The notes beneath the pieces were generated by a model, which did no database searches, had not been told where the DNA came from, and saw only the letters and a list, made by a program, of their open reading frames with translations. A stretch of 64,000 nucleotides of DNA from an uncultured Candidatus Saccharibacteria bacterium (GTDB lineage: Bacteria > Patescibacteriota > Minisyncoccia > Phycocordibacterales > UBA9973), in NCBI GenBank assembly GCA_964527185.1, contig CAZGOI010000002.1, forward strand, positions 31,513 through 95,512, written 5' to 3'. Of the stretch, positions 61,712-64,000 are shown piece by piece. The position numbers were made by a program, and so were the translations under genes. How positions within the stretch are numbered: the first letter of the stretch is position 1; every line of letters begins with the position of its first letter.

Positions 61712-62248
61712 ATGACTAGTAACTATTCAAGTAGAAGTCATCATTTTGATAGTGATGGTTTCAGAGATTTCGTCTTTTTACTCGCAGAAAAAGGACTTTC
61801 AGCCAATAAAAAGTACTTTCCAGAGGATTATTACAAAAAACAAAGAGAGCCATGCTTTATGACTCATTACAATACCAATTACGAAAGAGCATGGGCGAGC
61901 CCTCTGATTTACAAACCTTATGCCTTATCAGTAATGCCTGCAAAACTTATGTTTGCAAGCATGAAAAAAGTGCAGGTTTTATTCGAAAATCCTCACCTTG
62001 TCGAAACCAGAACTGTAGCAAACAGAGAGTTAGGTATTTTTGGTGGAGGGGCAAGGTTTGATGCAAGTATTTTCGGATTAAGTGGTTTTGAGCCACGAAT
62101 TGATGAAGCCTGTGATATTGTAGGATGTCTTTGGGATAACAGAATAAGAGACCCGAAAGATATCATCCTTGAAACATGGAAGGATCCCGAGATTTCCAAT
62201 ATTGCAGAGGAGATTTTTTACCAAATGTTTGGTGAGATTGGTTGGTAA
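61712..62248 (+). CDS. Hypothetical protein of 178 aa (islet gene 2)
   Basis: AT-rich ORF with no recognised motif. Confidence 0.4.
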   Translation: MTSNYSSRSHHFDSDGFRDFVFLLAEKGLSANKKYFPEDYYKKQREPCFMTHYNTNYERAWASPLIYKPYALSVMPAKLMFASMKKVQVLFENPHLVETRTVANRELGIFGGGARFDASIFGLSGFEPRIDEACDIVGCLWDNRIRDPKDIILETWKDPEISNIAEEIFYQMFGEIGW

Positions 62249-62303
62249 AATAGTTTTTATTTTTATGATGGCATATACCGAGCGTATGTGCCATTTTTTA
62301 TTC

Positions 62304-62404
62304 CACTTTATTTGCATAATGTTCCTTCAAGATATGGACCAGATAATTACACTCTCTTGAAAATTGGTTCCAAAAATGATATTCTAAGTCCACTATAATA
62401 AAAA
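62304..62404 (+). repeat. Copy 2 of the ~100-bp direct repeat (core 62342-62382), also just after a terminator-like hairpin (62281-62310)
   Basis: See copy 1. It sits about 115 nt upstream of the next ORF, the same spacing as copy 1. Confidence 0.7.
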
Positions 62405-62496
62405 ATGCCAGCTACGAGATGTTTTTTCGTATGACGGTATTTGTTTGACAGAAAGAAAAAAATACTGTATTATATAGCCGAATAAAAAACTCAAGT

Positions 62497-62859
62497 ATGA
62501 TTATAAAGATTAAAGTTCTTTTGCATGTTTGTTCTAATATTAACCAAAACCCAAACAATATTGTTGAAGCCGCAGACTCTTTTGCTGGTTTTGTAATTCT
62601 GCCCCAAAAGGGAAATTACAGAGAAATTAAATATTTTCCTGAAAAAATTGAAGTAATTAAACCCAATGACATTTTTACAGCTATGGCAAATATTTCTTTT
62701 CAGGAAGTTGCCGACAAAATCACTAATTATTTTAAGTGTCCAGGAGTTTATGTTCTGCATCCTAAAATTACTACTCATGGACTAATGGTAACATACAGCC
62801 GTGGTGAATTAGAACGAAATATGTTGTTTTTAAAAATTGATTTTGAAGAACCTATATAG
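62497..62859 (+). CDS. Hypothetical protein of 120 aa (islet gene 3)
   Basis: AT-rich ORF with no recognised motif. Confidence 0.4.
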   Translation: MIIKIKVLLHVCSNINQNPNNIVEAADSFAGFVILPQKGNYREIKYFPEKIEVIKPNDIFTAMANISFQEVADKITNYFKCPGVYVLHPKITTHGLMVTYSRGELERNMLFLKIDFEEPI

Positions 62860-62872
62860 GTTCTTTTTTTAT
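62842..62872 (+). terminator. Rho-independent terminator AAGAACCT-atat-AGGTTCTT plus T7, overlapping the stop codon of islet gene 3
   Basis: Perfect 8-bp stem, seen directly. Confidence 0.65.
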
Positions 62873-62895
62873 TCTTATTTTTTCTTTACATACCA

Positions 62896-62927
62896 ATTTT
62901 AATTAGGCTATAATTAGGCTATAAAAT
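62896..62927 (+). repeat. Tandem duplication (TAATTAGGCTA x2) immediately upstream of the NRAMP gene
   Basis: ttaattaggctataattaggctataaaattg, seen directly. Confidence 0.5.
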
Positions 62928-62936
62928 TGTTTTTAT

Positions 62937-64000
62937 GCCCGAAGATAAAAAGAACAGTTTCATAGAGAAAATTTTTGAAAGGCCGGCAAAGCTTTTTGGC
63001 AAGGGGGTTGATTTTGTCGAGAAAGAAGAAAAGATTTTGGTCAGCAAAAAACCCTTCAAACTGGCCGAAGAATACTGGAATACTCTAGGCCCAGGGTTGA
63101 CAACAGGCGCCGCCGACGACGACCCATCGGGCATTGCAACCTATTCTCAAACCGGCGCTCAATACGGTCCACAGCTCCTGTGGTTGTCGTGGTTTTCGTT
63201 CCCACTCATGGCCATAGTCCAAGAGATGTGCGCCCGCATTGGTGTTGTGACCGGCCACGGCCTAGCGGCAAACATACGGCACCACTATTCAAAAAAAGTG
63301 CTCTATATGATCACTTCGCTTCTTTTCATCGCCAATACATTCAACATCGGCGCCGACCTCGGAGCCATGGCCCAAGGTGTCAAACTTGTTTTTCCAAAAT
63401 TTAGTTTTGCTTTTCTGGTTGTCGGTTTTGGGCTCCTCTGCTTGATCCTCCAAATATTCACGACCTATGCTCGTTATGCCAAGTATCTAAAATACTTGGC
63501 TCTTGTTTTGTTTGCCTATATTTTCTCGGCACTCTTGGGGCACCTCGATTGGGCAGACATCTGGCACCACACTATTTTTCCATCAATCAATTTTTCTCGA
63601 GACCAAATTTTCCTCATATGCGCAATCTTGGGCACGACCATTTCGCCATATCTTTTCTTTTGGCAAACTTCGCAAGAAGTCGAAGAGCAAAACTTGCAAG
63701 GCAAAGAAGACGAAACTTCTTGGCATCAGAATGTCCAGAAAAAAGAGATCAAGCACATTCGCGCCGATGTCTGGAGCGGCATGTTTTTCTCAAACCTCGT
63801 CATGTTCTTCATTATCGCGGCTTGTGCCGGTGTGCTCTTTACCCACGGAGTTACAAATATTTCTAGCGCTTCAGACGCTGCCCAGGCCCTAAGGCCGTTT
63901 GCTGGGGAGGCAACATTTTTCCTATTTGCCATTGGCATCATCGGCACGGGCATGCTCGCCATACCAGTCTTAGCCGGCTCTACATCGTATGCTATATCCG
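62937..64000 (+). CDS. mntH: NRAMP-family divalent metal (Mn2+/Fe2+) transporter, 3' partial; the CDS runs off the window end
   Basis: Manual translation gives MPEDKKNSFIEKIF...YWNTLGPGLTTGAADDDPSGIATYSQTGAQYGPQLLWLSWFSFPLMAIVQEMCARIGVVTGHGLAANIRHHY.... The block GPGxxxxxAxxDPSxIAT...GAQYG...LLW...PLMAxVQEMxARxGxVTGxGLA is the Nramp TM1-TM3 signature. Multiple TM helices follow. No stop codon occurs before position 64000. Confidence 0.75.

Noticed and set aside
61383-62360. ORF-track entries 61383-61643(-) and 62169-62360(+) overlapping the 100-bp direct repeats.
   Set aside because: They span terminator hairpins and the repeat core and have no start-proximal signals. They are more likely translations of a non-coding repeat than genes.
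63180-63962. ORFs 63180-63404(+), 63503-63892(+), 63549-63866(+) and 63726-63962(-) from the track.
   Set aside because: They are alternative frames or the opposite strand of the continuous NRAMP reading frame (62937 to the window end). The NRAMP frame carries the family signature and TM helices. The alternatives are Arg/Pro/His-rich GC-frame artefacts.

Overview
This 64-kb window looks like a compact, low-GC bacterial chromosome segment (roughly 40% GC by eye) with AT-rich intergenic DNA. Most Shine-Dalgarno sequences are weak or absent, and several promoters sit close enough to the start codon to give leaderless transcripts. The core is housekeeping: thrS (5' partial), rpmF, a NusB-NUDIX fusion, rnc-smc, a polysaccharide deacetylase, rnr, rpsP-khpA-trmD, plsC, rpoB-rpoC, dnaG-rpoD, tsf-rpsB, proS, mreB-mreC, tgt, uvrB/uvrA/uvrC and ddl. 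Many enzymes are miniaturised (SMC 756 aa, UvrA 857 aa, UvrC 456 aa, PilB 406 aa, ProRS 429 aa). The right third is a cell-surface locus. It holds a 2210-aa secreted Ig-like (Big_3_5-type) repeat protein, a 1028-aa MBG-repeat protein ending in a peptidoglycan-binding domain, PKD-repeat and CAP-domain proteins, and a type IV pilus operon on the minus strand. That operon reads pilB, pilC, three or four prepilin-like genes (one fused to an LVIVD-type beta-propeller-like region) and a major pilin. Miniaturised enzymes, giant adhesins, pili and weak Shine-Dalgarno use suggest, by inference only, a Patescibacteria/CPR (Saccharibacteria-like) surface-attached bacterium. Two tRNAs are present, Thr-TGT on the minus strand and Ala-TGC on the plus strand. 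Directly 3' of tRNA-Ala is an AT-rich three-gene islet. It encodes a nucleoside 2-deoxyribosyltransferase-like protein and two unknowns, separated by two ~100-bp direct repeats (41-bp identical core). A GC-richer NRAMP/MntH-like transporter gene follows and runs off the window. I recognised no CRISPR array, transposase, integrase or rRNA. The best candidates for something new are the tRNA-Ala islet with its repeated non-coding element, the NusB-NUDIX fusion, the lysine-rich N-terminus of sigma-70, the AT-rich gene between uvrB and uvrA flanked by duplicated hairpins, the prepilin-propeller protein, and a recurring TGnTAGCAT extended -10 promoter motif placed for leaderless starts.
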